A stretch of 63,624 bases of DNA, counting the filler, from Craspedostauros australis (taxonomy: Eukaryota), in NCBI GenBank assembly GCA_030167865.1. It is 13 parts of 13 records of this genome, joined end to end, with 100 filler letters (N's around TTAATTAATTAA, not from the genome) between each part and the next. Parts side by side here need not be neighbours in the genome. Positions count along the whole stretch, not along the records: positions 34,502 to 60,543 come from JALAGF010000087.1; 12 more parts are not named here. One strand, given 5' to 3'. A program made the translations under genes and the position numbers. Below the pieces are notes generated by a model. The model saw only the letters and a program-made list of their open reading frames with translations. It was not told the DNA's origin and did no database searches. Shown here one piece after another: positions 44,946-56,972 of the stretch (position 1 is its first letter; each line of letters begins with the position of its first letter).

Positions 44946-46878
44946 CTAAGCGAAGGTGGATTGCTGGGCGACGGTGCCCTTCATGGCCTCCTCGCCTTCC
45001 CATCCCTCGAACCAGGCAACAGCATGCTTTCTTGTTCCATCGAAGACGTTGCGTCCGTGCATGCACTTGTAGTTATCGAGCAAGACGACGTCACCCTCCG
45101 TCATCTTGACGAAACGGGTGTTCTTCATTGTGATATCGTTCATGTGTTGGAGCTGCTCGTCAGTGAGCTCGCCGTCGTCACCGAAGAACATGTCGGACTT
45201 GTTGATTTGCGATGCGCCATCCTCGAATCGCTCGGCGCCGTAGCTGGATGGTGTATTGAGTTGTTAATCATCATGGTATGTGGAGTTGTGTTGAGTGTGC
45301 ATCACGGAAGGCAAGAGGCAAGGAAACAGATGCACCAACAGTACAGATGTGAGTCGAGGTACTCTTGGTCGATGCAGAGTTGTGACTGTACAGCAGCACT
45401 TGCGATAGTAATCACCAGCATCACCAGCGACCCCCGACGCAACAAGGGAAACCAATCATTCCAACCCAACGTATGATCAACATTGTGTACATATCCGCAC
45501 ATGCGCAGGCAACTCTCGCCGAGGCGACACTTACACAGACTCTCTGTCCTTTCGCAGCTTGGAGGAATGGGAATGGACGTTGCAGAACCAGGTTGGCTCG
45601 CCGGTGACTGGATGCAGAACGATCGGCGGCTGGCTTGGTGCGCGTGCCTGCAGCATCTTGCTGCTGTCGTAGTCGCTCTTGCCCCACAGCATCTCGACGT
45701 CGAAGTCGACCTTGGCATTGATGGCGGCAGAGACGACGCCGCGCAGGACGTTCATGACAGGCTGCTGGACAGGCTCTGGGAAGTTGTCGACCCAGCTGAA
45801 GAATGGAAGCTCCATGACGGAGTAACGGATCTTGCGCTGGTAGAGCTCCTCGATGAGGTCGGCATCCAGGTCGCGGAACATGCGGCGTCCGTCGGCGATG
45901 AGGAATTCACCACCCTCCTCGGCGGCCTTGAAGCAGACGAAGGCAGCGGCGCGTGGTGCGCGTGTGCCAACGAATTCGTTGTGCATGCCTGAAGTGACGA
46001 ATGGGACATTCATGAAATGGTAGACAAGAAGAGAAAGAGAGAGATTCATTGCAATAAAAAAGTGAGCGGAATTGTGTCGTACGCACGTAGATTGTGATTG
46101 TGCACATCACTGTGATGATGGACACAAGTTGCCTTTCCTGCCTCCATTGCCTCTCCATTCAATCATCAGTGAATTCATCGCATAGCAGTAGTATCCTTCA
46201 TCTCTCTTTGCACTTCATGCAGCATTTGGTGAATTGCCCCAATCAAGATCTGTGCTCGCAACGCCTTCTCTGATCAATTGAAGTCCCGATCTTTTCCCAA
46301 CAATGCAGCAAGACAAGAGGGCGGTACCATAGCATGATGGTGCCATCGGACTATGATGCGATGACGAACATACCAATGAAGAAGTTCTTTCGGCTCTCCT
46401 TGTTGACGGCTTCGTAGACTGGAGAGTCCTTCTTTCCATCGGCCGTGGGCCGCGCCGACACGGACTGCAGCGGATCCTGGCAGATCTTCATCTGCAGGGC
46501 GGCGTAGAACTCCTGGAATCCGTCCTGCTCCTTCATGAGATCGAAATCGCGAAAGACGATGGCGCCATGCTGCTGCAGCTTCTGCAGGATTTCCTCGCGG
46601 TGGTCCTTGAAGTAGGCGAGCTGGGCCTCCTTGTCGTCGCTGGCGATGCCCAGATCCTTGGTGCTGGACAGCTCGGGTCCGAACTCCGGCAGATCCTGGT
46701 TGCGGAACGCCTGCTGCGTGTCGCGGATGTCGGAGATGCCGGTGCCCCAGGCCGTGAGGGGAGATGGCGGGGTCTCGACGGCGGACAGGCACGACGCGGC
46801 GCGGGTCTGTTGCTGTGGTGCGAAGGCGGCGGCCGAAGAGGCTGCCAGGAAGAGGACTGCTGCGGAAAGACGGACCAT
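44946..46878 (-). CDS. Plastid-targeted TauD/clavaminate-synthase-like Fe(II)/2-oxoglutarate dioxygenase, ~418 aa; exons 46878..46374, 45988..45535, 45243..44946
   Basis: SAAA|FAP presequence, HGAIVFRDF, metal motif HNE, GGEFLIADGR, HPVTGEPTWF and GDVVLLDN...HGR; two in-phase GT..AG introns. Confidence 0.92.
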
Positions 46879-48809
46879 TGTTGCTGTATTGAGTCGATTG
46901 GGTGAGTGATGTGAGTGATGTGTGTGGATGTTTATGGGGATTGCGGTTGCTGAAGCGAGAAGCTGTAACGCGAACCTTGGTGCTTGCGATGTGTTGTCGA
47001 TAGCTGGTTTGGAAGAAGGATCAACAAGGACCAAGATGGAGGCTTCCTTTGGCGTGTGTTTCGGGATTGCAACTGGTCTGGATGTCGATGTCCTTGCTGT
47101 TGGGGTTGGGGGCTGTCGCCGATGTCGAAACTTGGTGAGACCGTTGTTGTCTGGTTGGGTGAGAATGATGATCCACCATGTCGTCAGCACCACGCAAAAA
47201 GCAGAAGGCAAAGAATCAATCCATCCAGAAGAAGATTGCGCGTCGCGATGAAATACGGATGCAAGTTCAACAAAAGCGCGACTGATAGGACTCACAAATA
47301 TGAATAAGTGCTACAACTACAAGTCTAGAGAGCGACGCAATTTGTTCCACTCCACGATGTGGCCAACTCGTGCAAAACAAGGTCTTGGTTGGTGTTCGCT
47401 TATGACGTTTCACATTATGACCAATCGTGTCACATCAAAGACAGAATGACCATGGCATCAGGACATTTCTGGAAGAAAGAACCCAACATGTTTGTGACCG
47501 TTTGATTAAATACAGTGCCCAGCGCGTGTGGCTGAGACTCCCGCCGCTTCCACGTCGTGTCGTGCGTTGTTCCCTTCGTGTCGCACTTTTGACTCTTTGT
47601 GTCCTTTCGTGTGTGTCGCTGGGCTCATGCGTTGGTGTGGGGAGCGCAAGAGTCGGTGCGGTCAGGGATCCCACAGAGAGAGGGAGAGGAAGAGAGCAAG
47701 AACATCGTGGGTGGTCTTTGGCCCATGACAACCACGACGACAAGAACGGCAAGAAGAAGAGAGAGAAGAAACGCCGCATGGGCGGAGGACAGAACCCGAA
47801 ACCGAGCAGCACGAAGGACATCACACACACGGAACAAAACGAGCGACAGCATCCCAGCCACCTTCGGGCAATGCAGCAAGCTGAGCGAAGGACCGTCAAC
47901 AGACTGGAACAGAGGACCAAACCCCAATCATCATCACCAACACCAATCATCACCAACGCCAATCATCACCAATAGCTGCAACATCAACAGTATCAGCACC
48001 AACACTCGGTCATCAACGATCTTTCCATCTACCAGCCGCCAACCTTCCACAAACCACCAGCCAACATCAGCCAACGCCAGCACCAAGGACACTTAGGACA
48101 CTAAGGACACCAATCGCATTGCGCTGACTTGCATCGGTTCATCTCCGCCCCTCTGACAAATACACAGACAAATACACAGACACACACACAGACACCTTCT
48201 TCTCGCAGGTCGCCAACCACCTCCCCTTCATTCTCTTTCCCGAAAGGTCACTGGAGCAACAACAGCGAGCAAAGCCGTTGTGAACAAGAGCGTTTACAGC
48301 AGAGCAGGACACTCGTCAAGTGCTCGTGTTCATAGTTGTATTTGTGCCTGTGTCTGGAATTGTACGACCTATCACACACAAGATAAACCAGAAACAGCAC
48401 AAGACACAGCAGCTGCAGCAATACAAGCAACAGGAACAACGGAACAACCATCCTACGAATACGAGCTACCTACTCTCCTCGTATCATCCATCATCGCCAC
48501 AGACAACCACAACTACAACTACAACCACAGCGCTGAGACACAACAGCGCCAATAGTTCCATCGGTCTCTGCCACCGTCGTCACCGTCGCAACCACGACAG
48601 CCAAGGGCGTCTTTGTTCCTTTTCATCCTTTGTCCCTGTGATTGCGCACCAGGAAAGACCAAAGACCAATACCACAACCGAGCTCAACTGAGGAAGGCAA
48701 AGCCCATCCTCCATTCGCGGCAACGGCATCAGCCACAGACACAACCACGGACGCAACCACAGGCAATCGAACAAACCGCGAATACCGTTTCTCAACAACC
48801 AGGTTCAGC

Positions 48810-48920
48810 ACAATACAACCCATCACATCACAATACAACCCATCACAATACAACGCAACGCAACCCATCACAACACAATACACAACCCATCACAACACAC
48901 AATACAACACAACAACCAAC
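48810..48920. repeat. CA/CAA-rich degenerate repeat (ACAATACAACCCATC-like) upstream of ATG 48921
   Basis: Direct reading. Confidence 0.7.
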
Positions 48921-50390
48921 ATGACCGTCGATGTGGAAATCGAGGAACGGCTCAATGGCCTCATGAACCTGCTCAGCGCAGCAGGCATCAACATCAACTC
49001 CTCCAGCGAGGGCGCCAACAATGGTCAGGAGCAGCGACGCGCCGTCAAGGGCAACATCAGCGAGTCCACACCCTCCACCCAGTCCAGCTCCAGCGATGCG
49101 CAGATCCTGGAAATCATCAAAAAGCTCAGACAGGCGCCGCCGGACTCGCCGGAGATTCTGGCCGCACTCAAGAGCCCGGAATTCCGCGCATTTGCGATGA
49201 TCACATCCCAGCAGGACAGCGGCGCTCGCAGAGGGGCAGCTCCTGCACCGCCCCGCAAACCCGCTCCCGCCTCCCTCGACGATGTCATAGACGACGATGA
49301 TGCCTTTCCCAAAATCGGCCCTGGCTACTCAGACGAAGTCTCCGTCATGAGCGAGCTGTCCACGCCCACCGTCATGACCAAGCAGCCGATCGCCGAGGAA
49401 GAGCTTTACAAAGACGTCAACGGCAGCCCGGGAGGCCTGCCACCGCTCAATATCGCCCTCGGCCCTGGCCCAGCCCCGCCGTCACGGCCGCCCATGCAGA
49501 TAGGTGCTGCTGCCTCCGGAGGAGCGCCCGCAAAGACGAGGAACCTCGTCAGCCAGGTCCGACCCGGCACATCCAGACGTGCCATTGCCAGAACTGGCGG
49601 AGCCGCGGCGCAGCGACGTCTCAACTACCAGCAGGCCATGGCCAAGCTCCACCCGAAGGATGCCGCCGCCGCCGCTGCTGCCGCTTCCTCCGGCAAGGCC
49701 GACAAGAACCACCTCGCCAACTTCTCGCCCAAGAAGGGCGCAGCCTTCTACCAGTCCTCGTCGCCGTCGCCAACCCAGGACCCTTCCGAATTCCCCAGCC
49801 TCGCAGACAACAAGAAGGGACGCGGCGTGCGCAAGGTCGCCACCGACGGCAAAAAGAAGAGCAAGCACAAATCCCTCGCGTCGCAGGAAGCGGCAGATCA
49901 ATTCGACGATCGCTCCTCGGAACACAAAAAGTCCTCCAGAAAAAAGAGCAGCAGGAAGGAATCCAGCTCCTCCAAGCAATCGCAAGCGGCATCGGGCTGG
50001 CCGGCATTCGATGACGCCGCCAACACCAGCACCAGCAGCATCAACCGGAAGAAATCATCCTCCAAGGACCCCTTCGCTGTCGACGGCGACGGATTCTTCT
50101 CCAGCGATGCATTCGGCACCAACGCCTTCAGCTCTTCCAAATCAACGGGATCCGACCCATTCGCACCGTCCACAGGATCTGACCCCTTCTCCGAAGCCCC
50201 CTCCAAATCGAGACGCTCCAAGGAAGATCCCTTCGCCGACGCATCCGGTGGCAGCGGCAGCAAGTCCAGAAGTCGGAGCCAGAGATCTGGTGATGGCAAC
50301 GTCTGGGCATCGGAAAAATCAGGCGGCAACAGGAAGGAACGATCGCGAAAGGGTGGCAAATCCAGCCGCCGGGCTTCGCTGTCCATGTAA
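48921..50390 (+). CDS. Largely disordered hypothetical protein, 489 aa, with four DPF motifs
   Basis: ATG in CAAC context, C-ending codon bias, and conserved-looking N-terminal helices plus GPGYSDEVSVMSELSTPTV. Confidence 0.8.
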   Translation: MTVDVEIEERLNGLMNLLSAAGININSSSEGANNGQEQRRAVKGNISESTPSTQSSSSDAQILEIIKKLRQAPPDSPEILAALKSPEFRAFAMITSQQDSGARRGAAPAPPRKPAPASLDDVIDDDDAFPKIGPGYSDEVSVMSELSTPTVMTKQPIAEEELYKDVNGSPGGLPPLNIALGPGPAPPSRPPMQIGAAASGGAPAKTRNLVSQVRPGTSRRAIARTGGAAAQRRLNYQQAMAKLHPKDAAAAAAAASSGKADKNHLANFSPKKGAAFYQSSSPSPTQDPSEFPSLADNKKGRGVRKVATDGKKKSKHKSLASQEAADQFDDRSSEHKKSSRKKSSRKESSSSKQSQAASGWPAFDDAANTSTSSINRKKSSSKDPFAVDGDGFFSSDAFGTNAFSSSKSTGSDPFAPSTGSDPFSEAPSKSRRSKEDPFADASGGSGSKSRSRSQRSGDGNVWASEKSGGNRKERSRKGGKSSRRASLSM

Positions 50391-52044
50391 AAGCCCCGCG
50401 GCCAATCATCATAGAGCACAACGTGTTATGGTACGCTATTACACTGCACCGCATTACAACACGCTACGCTACCATACAGGTCTCGTATGTAGCAGTAGCA
50501 GTGGCAGGAACACTGCAAGGAAGATGCGAACGAAACGACAGGAGGAAGACGACTTTAAAGCGAGAGGAATACTATTATTTGCATGAGGACGGAACGAGGA
50601 ACTACCATGCACTTCGCCTTCATCCGCGTTTGTGAGGTGAGGACGCAGGTGCCGAAATAGACACTGGATGCAAACAGCGCAGAGGAATCATTTACGGCAA
50701 CGCTTCATGCGATCTTCTGGAATTATGCGCATGCATGCAACCGAGCAACGATCGATCAATCAGCAACGAGCTGTGCTCAATTGGAGTTGGTACTTGTGCG
50801 ACAAGGGTGTCATGCATACGTGCAATCCAACACATCCAGGCTGCTGTTGTGCTGCGCTCTGGGAGTATCGGCGGGAACCAAACAGACCAACCCGATACAT
50901 CCTTCGGCAACACAATCATGCGTCAACGTGATCCAAGCAAAGCTGTATACTCTCTTCAAGTCTATTGGAACAGACGATGGTGCAAGCTGTCAATCAAGCA
51001 TGCAGCGAATCAAGATGAAGACCGTCATCGTTGCAGAATTGTACAGTGCAAACAAAGGATGCGTCACCACCATGCCAAATGCAGTACTCCACCCCCCAAT
51101 CTTCAAACCGCCGTTGAATTCTCCATGACCAACGTCCACTCCGCAAGTGCGTCGCTCGCTGCATTCGTGATTTCCTGACGCACCGCCTGGCATCGATCAC
51201 CAGCGCTATGCTCGCCACTATCAATATCATCAACCACTACATATCAACGAATAATGTATTAGACCAAGCAAACGATCTCTGCTCGTCTGCGGAAATGCGG
51301 AGTTGTGGTGCAGGACACTCCTCGTTGTGCGCAGATCTGCGCCATCTTTCCAACTCCGAAACGAAGATAGCGCGAATGCGAGAGCGGGTGAGAGTATGTT
51401 TTCTTCTGCGTGAAAGGAGTATTGCACGAATGGGAGTACCAACCGGATACTCTCAAAGTTGGAACCCTTCCACTCCATTCTGCGACACCACGCCACACCA
51501 CATCGCGCTGTACGAGCACCCTATTGACCTTCTTCTCCACATCTCGTCACCCAGGCCTACTTGCATGCTGGCACCATGGACTTCGCGACGCACCAATGTG
51601 GGTCAAAGACAACTCCTTTACAAGTACTCGTATGTATCAGCACAGCGAATTGGGTCGTTCGCCATGCCATCCAAAACTTCTTGCTACGAGAAATCGTGTT
51701 TCAACACGGTTGGCATTCCCTAAGAGGGAGACAACGCACGCCACGATAGAACATGCCGTGTGTACGATAAGAGGAGCGCTGCGATTGCAGTCACATCGTG
51801 GACTGTCGGAATCCATCATGTTGTCGTCCCACGCAATTCGGCATCTCCGATCGCAGCGAGCGGCAACCATGGCAACGCTCCTTTCTCATCGGTATCACCA
51901 CGACCATGTTTGCAATCGCCTCATTCATGTTCATAAAAATCACACATCACCTTCCGATCTCGCCACTGATCTGAATGTAACTGCGAGGCATTTCTCCACT
52001 CTACGCAGCAAGCACGAACAGCACCAGCAACATCCGACTTCCTC

Positions 52045-52734
52045 ATGTTCAACTTCTTCCTCAAAGATAACGAATCAAGCCAACGGCGCCGTTCATCGCG
52101 ACGGTGCAAGAAGCCTCGACGACATCAGCAGAGTCTGTGGTCGTGGGCGCGTCCATACGGCAGCCGCCGATACCAACGGCACACCACCGAGGATACATGG
52201 AGCTTGATGGGAGATGAGAACGAAGAGCACCAGATTGAAGAAGACATCGATTATCATACGCCGGCACATGTGAGCAAACAGAAGCAGGCTGGGCCCATCA
52301 AGGCTTCGATGTCCTACGATGAGATATCGTCTCAGATTAGTGGTCCTGGCCCGGCAACATTGCTCTTCTGGAAGGACAATGTCTCGACCTTGACGAAGCC
52401 ATCCCATGCACCGGATCCGACGACACCCGACCGGCGAGATTCACCTGCGACCACGGCGGTGCCATCCCTGTCCCCGCAATCGATGCCAGGATTTTCAACC
52501 TTCCCCCTGCGCGCCGATCTGGATGATGTATCGTTCCAGGACTCCATCGAGAGCATGGATTCCTTGGCAGAGTCGTACTGGGATCCAGAAGACTGCGACG
52601 ATGGAGATGCCTCCGTCCGGCGTATCGAGTTGCTGGCTACAAACAAGCAGAGCTTTCTGATGGAGCACATCCAATTCTTGTCCGTACAAACGCAACCGCG
52701 GCAGGTGCAGCTCGTGTACAATACGGATGCGTGA
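52045..52734 (+). CDS. Hypothetical protein, 229 aa, acidic/Ser-rich
   Basis: ATG-initiated ORF with coding-like composition, convergent with the next gene; no recognised domain. Confidence 0.55.
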   Translation: MFNFFLKDNESSQRRRSSRRCKKPRRHQQSLWSWARPYGSRRYQRHTTEDTWSLMGDENEEHQIEEDIDYHTPAHVSKQKQAGPIKASMSYDEISSQISGPGPATLLFWKDNVSTLTKPSHAPDPTTPDRRDSPATTAVPSLSPQSMPGFSTFPLRADLDDVSFQDSIESMDSLAESYWDPEDCDDGDASVRRIELLATNKQSFLMEHIQFLSVQTQPRQVQLVYNTDA

Positions 52735-53032
52735 GTACTGCTCTGGCGATGACTGGTGCGAGTATGCATGCATGGATAAGTGGATAGATGGATGGACGAC
52801 TTGGCTAAGTACACTAATTCACAAGTAGAGAATAGCTGTGTGTGAATGTTCGTAGTGGAAGGGATTACTGAGATTAAGCAAAGCACCCGAGTGCAGAGTG
52901 GCAAGGATTGCCAGAGGTATGCTACGTACGAGTCATGGTCTTCGAGCAATATGTTATCATCCTTCTCTCTCTCCAGAGAGACACAGAGAGAATGATGGTT
53001 CTCAAGAGCCGACTGTCTATCTACCTATTGAC

Positions 53033-55357
53033 CTACCTACGAGCACGAATGTGCGCACGGTCCTCAACCAGCCCGACTGCATACGTGTCGCTGCGGGGCT
53101 CGACGAATTCAGTGAAGAAAAGGTCGCGATAGCCGCTCAAGAATTTCCAGATCGAGCCATGGGCTGATTTTATCTCGTGCAGAGCTGAGAAGACCCGCCG
53201 TCCGGCGGGGGTGACTGGTTCGGATGGATTCTGCGTTCGCAGGTAGCGCCCAAGGTCTCTGCTTGAGACGGGTCTGCCACTCGCAACAATACAATCTCGA
53301 ATGCAGTCTTTGAGATACTCGGCAGATGCGATGGCTTCTGCCGATGGTGGCGGCTCGACCTCCGTTGATGATGACGATGACAACGATGTCCATGGCGCTG
53401 TGCTTGCAGTCGACGTGTCGGCCGCTGATTGTAGCTCCTCCATTTGCTCCTTGACATCGTCTTGGATACGTTCCAGCAATACTTTCTTCAGCCCCGACAC
53501 CTTCAGTCCGCGTTCGCGACAATACTCCTTCAGCTCAACAACGGTGCACGTGGTGTAATCCCTCGTTAGATGTGCTGACAACTCGACGGGCTCTGGGTTG
53601 GCGGAGGCGGGAGGCACATCATCGTGCGATTCGCCATACTCTGATCGGGCTATCGGTCGTGGTGCTCTCTCATGCAAGTGGGAAGGGATCGTGATGAGCT
53701 CTCGCGAATGTCTGGGGCGGTCTCTCCTACCCCTTCGCGCACCACCTTTCATATGCCTATGGCTTTCGGTGTACTCATATATCGAGAAGTGACAGTCAAG
53801 TGAATCCGCCAAGTTTTCTATCTTGAGAAGCTCTTTCTCGTGATCGCTGAACGGCGCGACGGCCTGCTCTGCCCGAAGCACGTTCTCTGCCCTGTTCGTG
53901 GCTGAGATCCAGTACCCCGCAGATCTCCTATCCATGGATTTGTCCATTCTGAACACATCCCTTCTGGCTTCGAAGAAGTTCTTGAGACTTCCGTACCGCG
54001 CCTTGACCTCCTGCGCCACCACGCGACGTCCGAGCTTCACCTCCTTGAGGAATCTCCCCACGTCGCGACTGAAGACGCGATCCTGACCAGATCCTTTGAT
54101 GAAGTCGCAGACGATCTTCATCAGAGTATACGTCGTCATCGGAGGGTCTTCGTCGCCGCCGCTTTCGAGGATGAGATCATCGAAGTGATCTTCCAGCCAA
54201 ATGGGACGAAAATCCCGTAGCATCGGCGTCGTGTAGAGGTCCTGGTGACACGCGGTTCCCATGGACATGAGTGCGACCCTTCTGTTGTTCTGCCGGGTTC
54301 GGATCATGGCGGGTAGGAAGTCCTTGTCGCCGGTGACGATGACACCGATATCGAAGGAGTCAGGGACGACGGATTCGTACACCATGTCGACAGCGAGCTG
54401 GATGTCGATGCATTTCTCAGCATGCCCCACGGTCTCGAGCACGTGGACTTTGAATCCGTGCTCCTGCATCTGCGTGAACATCTGCTTTCTCTTTTCTTTC
54501 GTGTTCGGTCTCATGGATGTGAACGCAGACACTCCCACGATCTCAATTTCTGGGATGGGTTCCGACTGGGTGCCATCGCCTCCTGCTGGGTTGTCCATGG
54601 GTGGCCGCTCACGACGTTGTTGAACGAGCTGGGCCTGGAGGTCGTCCCTGACGATGTCGGTAAACTTGCTCCAGTCAACGTACGACAGAGCCGTCCAGCT
54701 GCGGCTGGGGGAATACAGGGCAGCATTGCCGCTGCTCGACCTTTCGAAGAGAGAGTAGTAAAGCCACGTTCCATCGATGAAGATCTTCACCTTGTATTTG
54801 TTTGATCGCTTCACAGTGTCTATCATGTCATCTTCGGTTGGCTCTGATTGCACCGAATTAGTGATGGCAGGGGTAGTAGAGGGAAACGCATCAACATCAA
54901 CATCAGCGTCAACGTCAGCATCTGTATCAATATCAACAGTAGCCGCATCATCTTGTGCCTCATCCATGCCCAGAAGTTTGATCATGACGTTGAGTTGTTT
55001 CTGCTGCGCAAGAATTGCACGCTCAGACAGTCTCACCAATCGGCGTGCTTCTGCTAACGCAGCGCTAGCATGATCGATTGATTCTGCTTTCTCATTGTCG
55101 TCATCGTCCTCGAGATCTCCCTCTTCCGACGCGAACAGAGCCATGGGCAGTCGACATGAAATGGAACTTGGCGACTGATTTCTTAACCTGGCACTACGTT
55201 TGCGCTCAGTGCCAAGTTTCGAAATCGTGCATGTTGTTGATGTTGCTGGCGTTTTCTCGAACGCCGATGTGGATGTTGGGATGTGAGAGCGGGATGGCCG
55301 AACAAGACTGTGCACATAGTTGGATGACATGCAGTGTAATAGAATGCTGATGATCAT
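53033..55357 (-). CDS. NYN (PIN-like) ribonuclease domain protein with two OST-HTH/LOTUS-like domains and a SAP domain; start uncertain (frame open to 55624)
   Basis: NYN: KIFIDGTWL, EKCIDIQLAVDM, IVTGDKDFLP. LOTUS-like: SRDVGRFL..YGSLKNFF and SSRDLGRYL..HGSIWKFL. SAP: TVVELKEYCRERGLKVSGLKKVLLERI. Confidence 0.85.
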   Translation of the reverse strand: MIISILLHCMSSNYVHSLVRPSRSHIPTSTSAFEKTPATSTTCTISKLGTERKRSARLRNQSPSSISCRLPMALFASEEGDLEDDDDNEKAESIDHASAALAEARRLVRLSERAILAQQKQLNVMIKLLGMDEAQDDAATVDIDTDADVDADVDVDAFPSTTPAITNSVQSEPTEDDMIDTVKRSNKYKVKIFIDGTWLYYSLFERSSSGNAALYSPSRSWTALSYVDWSKFTDIVRDDLQAQLVQQRRERPPMDNPAGGDGTQSEPIPEIEIVGVSAFTSMRPNTKEKRKQMFTQMQEHGFKVHVLETVGHAEKCIDIQLAVDMVYESVVPDSFDIGVIVTGDKDFLPAMIRTRQNNRRVALMSMGTACHQDLYTTPMLRDFRPIWLEDHFDDLILESGGDEDPPMTTYTLMKIVCDFIKGSGQDRVFSRDVGRFLKEVKLGRRVVAQEVKARYGSLKNFFEARRDVFRMDKSMDRRSAGYWISATNRAENVLRAEQAVAPFSDHEKELLKIENLADSLDCHFSIYEYTESHRHMKGGARRGRRDRPRHSRELITIPSHLHERAPRPIARSEYGESHDDVPPASANPEPVELSAHLTRDYTTCTVVELKEYCRERGLKVSGLKKVLLERIQDDVKEQMEELQSAADTSTASTAPWTSLSSSSSTEVEPPPSAEAIASAEYLKDCIRDCIVASGRPVSSRDLGRYLRTQNPSEPVTPAGRRVFSALHEIKSAHGSIWKFLSGYRDLFFTEFVEPRSDTYAVGLVEDRAHIRARR

Positions 55358-56441
55358 CAACCCAGCTGCGCGAGGCACCCGCAATGTCGTCGTGATGTGC
55401 ACCGGTGCAATGCCTGCTTTGCGTTTTCTCCTTGCGCCATTCTGTTCCAGCATTCTACTCGTAGGATGCTCATAATCCCCAAAGCATGACGCCGCATCTT
55501 CTGGATGGCTTTGGCTGCAATCTGGTTGTTGCTGGTCCCGATTGCCATCGTCAGACCCATGTGTCTGATGCTGACGCTCATGCTGATGACTTCGTGGTCG
55601 ATTATGTTGCGGATCAATCCTCATCCTGGACGATGGCTCACTCAGAGCGTCGGGCCCTTCCGCTCGATTTGGCTTGGCTCGGCTTGGCTCGGCTCGGCTC
55701 GGCTTGACTTGGGCTCACTTCACTTGACGAAACGCGGCTTTGGTCTCATCCACCACGATGCACTATTGTCCTTGATGGCTGCGTGTAATGGATGGTACGA
55801 GTACCAATGCTCTGCTCTGCTCTGCTCTCTCCTGGATGACTTTTGATGCCGATACGAAGCCTCTTCTGCTGACACTCCACGCGTTGCGTCTTGTCATACT
55901 ATCATGCGGCATCACATCAATCACCCCCATCAATCCCACACATCACCCAATCGCACTTCTTCAACAGGAACTTCGTGCGCACATGTTCTTTCTTCGCTTC
56001 CATTTTTTGCCGCGAAATTGGGATGGAAGGTGTGATATTCCACGTGGAAGTATCCGTGTTCGAGTGATTCGAAGAGTACTCACGAATGACACACGAATGG
56101 ACTACACGGATCGAAAATGCTCCGATTCCCGAACAAAAAACACGTTTAGTAACTCGGTAAGGCACAGTGCGTGGTACAAAAACGACGTGCTCCTCACGGG
56201 CTTCAGCTCCGCGTTGTTTCGCGAAAACTGTCGGCGTGACATGAGGTGCCGCCGTGGTGGCCCAACATCAACGAGACAGAGGAGCAGGGAAGGAAGGAGA
56301 TTTGGGAGACACGAGACGACGAGGCTGCACAGCACCCGACAGCGTTGACAACAACCGCTCGAGCATCTGCATCAGCACCAACCAAAGCAGCACCAAGAGG
56401 CAATAACAAGCACCGACACATCCACTACCACCACCGCAACC

Positions 56442-56972
56442 ATGGCCGAAGAGAAGAGCAACCCAATGCGGGACATCAAGGTTGACAAGCTCATCCTCAA
56501 CTGCTGCGTCGGAGAGAGCGGAGATCGTCTCACGCGCGCCGCCCGTGTGCTGGAACAGCTCACAGGTCAGCAGCCAGTGTACTCCAAGGCCAGGTACACT
56601 CTGCGTAGTTTCGGTATCCGCCGTAACGAGAAGATCGCCGTGCACGTGACCGTCCGAGGAGAGAAGGCCCTCGAGATCCTGGAGCGTGGCCTCAAGGTCA
56701 AGGAGTACGAATTGCTCCAGAAGAATTTCAGCGAGACCGGCAACTTTGGATTCGGAATCAATGAGCACATCGACTTGGGTATCAAATATGATCCTACAAC
56801 AGGTATCTACGGAATGGACTTCTTCGTCTGCCTCACCCGACCAGGCGCCCGAGTAGCACGAAGAAAGATCCAGCAAGGACGTGTCGGACACAAGCACAAG
56901 ATCACCAAGGAGGACTCCATCAAGTGGTTCCAAGACAAGTTCGAGGGTGTTGTTCTTGCCAAGGCCATCTAA
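56442..56972 (+). CDS. RPL11: 60S ribosomal protein L11 (uL5), intronless
   Basis: [34 protein letters not shown]...[19 protein letters not shown]...GIYGMDF. Confidence 0.99.
   Translation: MAEEKSNPMRDIKVDKLILNCCVGESGDRLTRAARVLEQLTGQQPVYSKARYTLRSFGIRRNEKIAVHVTVRGEKALEILERGLKVKEYELLQKNFSETGNFGFGINEHIDLGIKYDPTTGIYGMDFFVCLTRPGARVARRKIQQGRVGHKHKITKEDSIKWFQDKFEGVVLAKAI

Noticed and set aside
35203..46878. Glycosyltransferase + p24 + dioxygenase as a biosynthetic gene cluster
   Set aside because: Predicted compartments differ (Golgi, plastid, mitochondrion), and the genes are interspersed with tRNAs and housekeeping genes; no evidence of co-function.
46879..48920. ORF-track N-terminal extensions and ORFs in the divergent intergenic region (e.g. 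starts at 47295 and 48642)
   Set aside because: Low-complexity CA-rich UTR/promoter sequence lacking stops; better starts are 46878 (signal peptide) and 48921.
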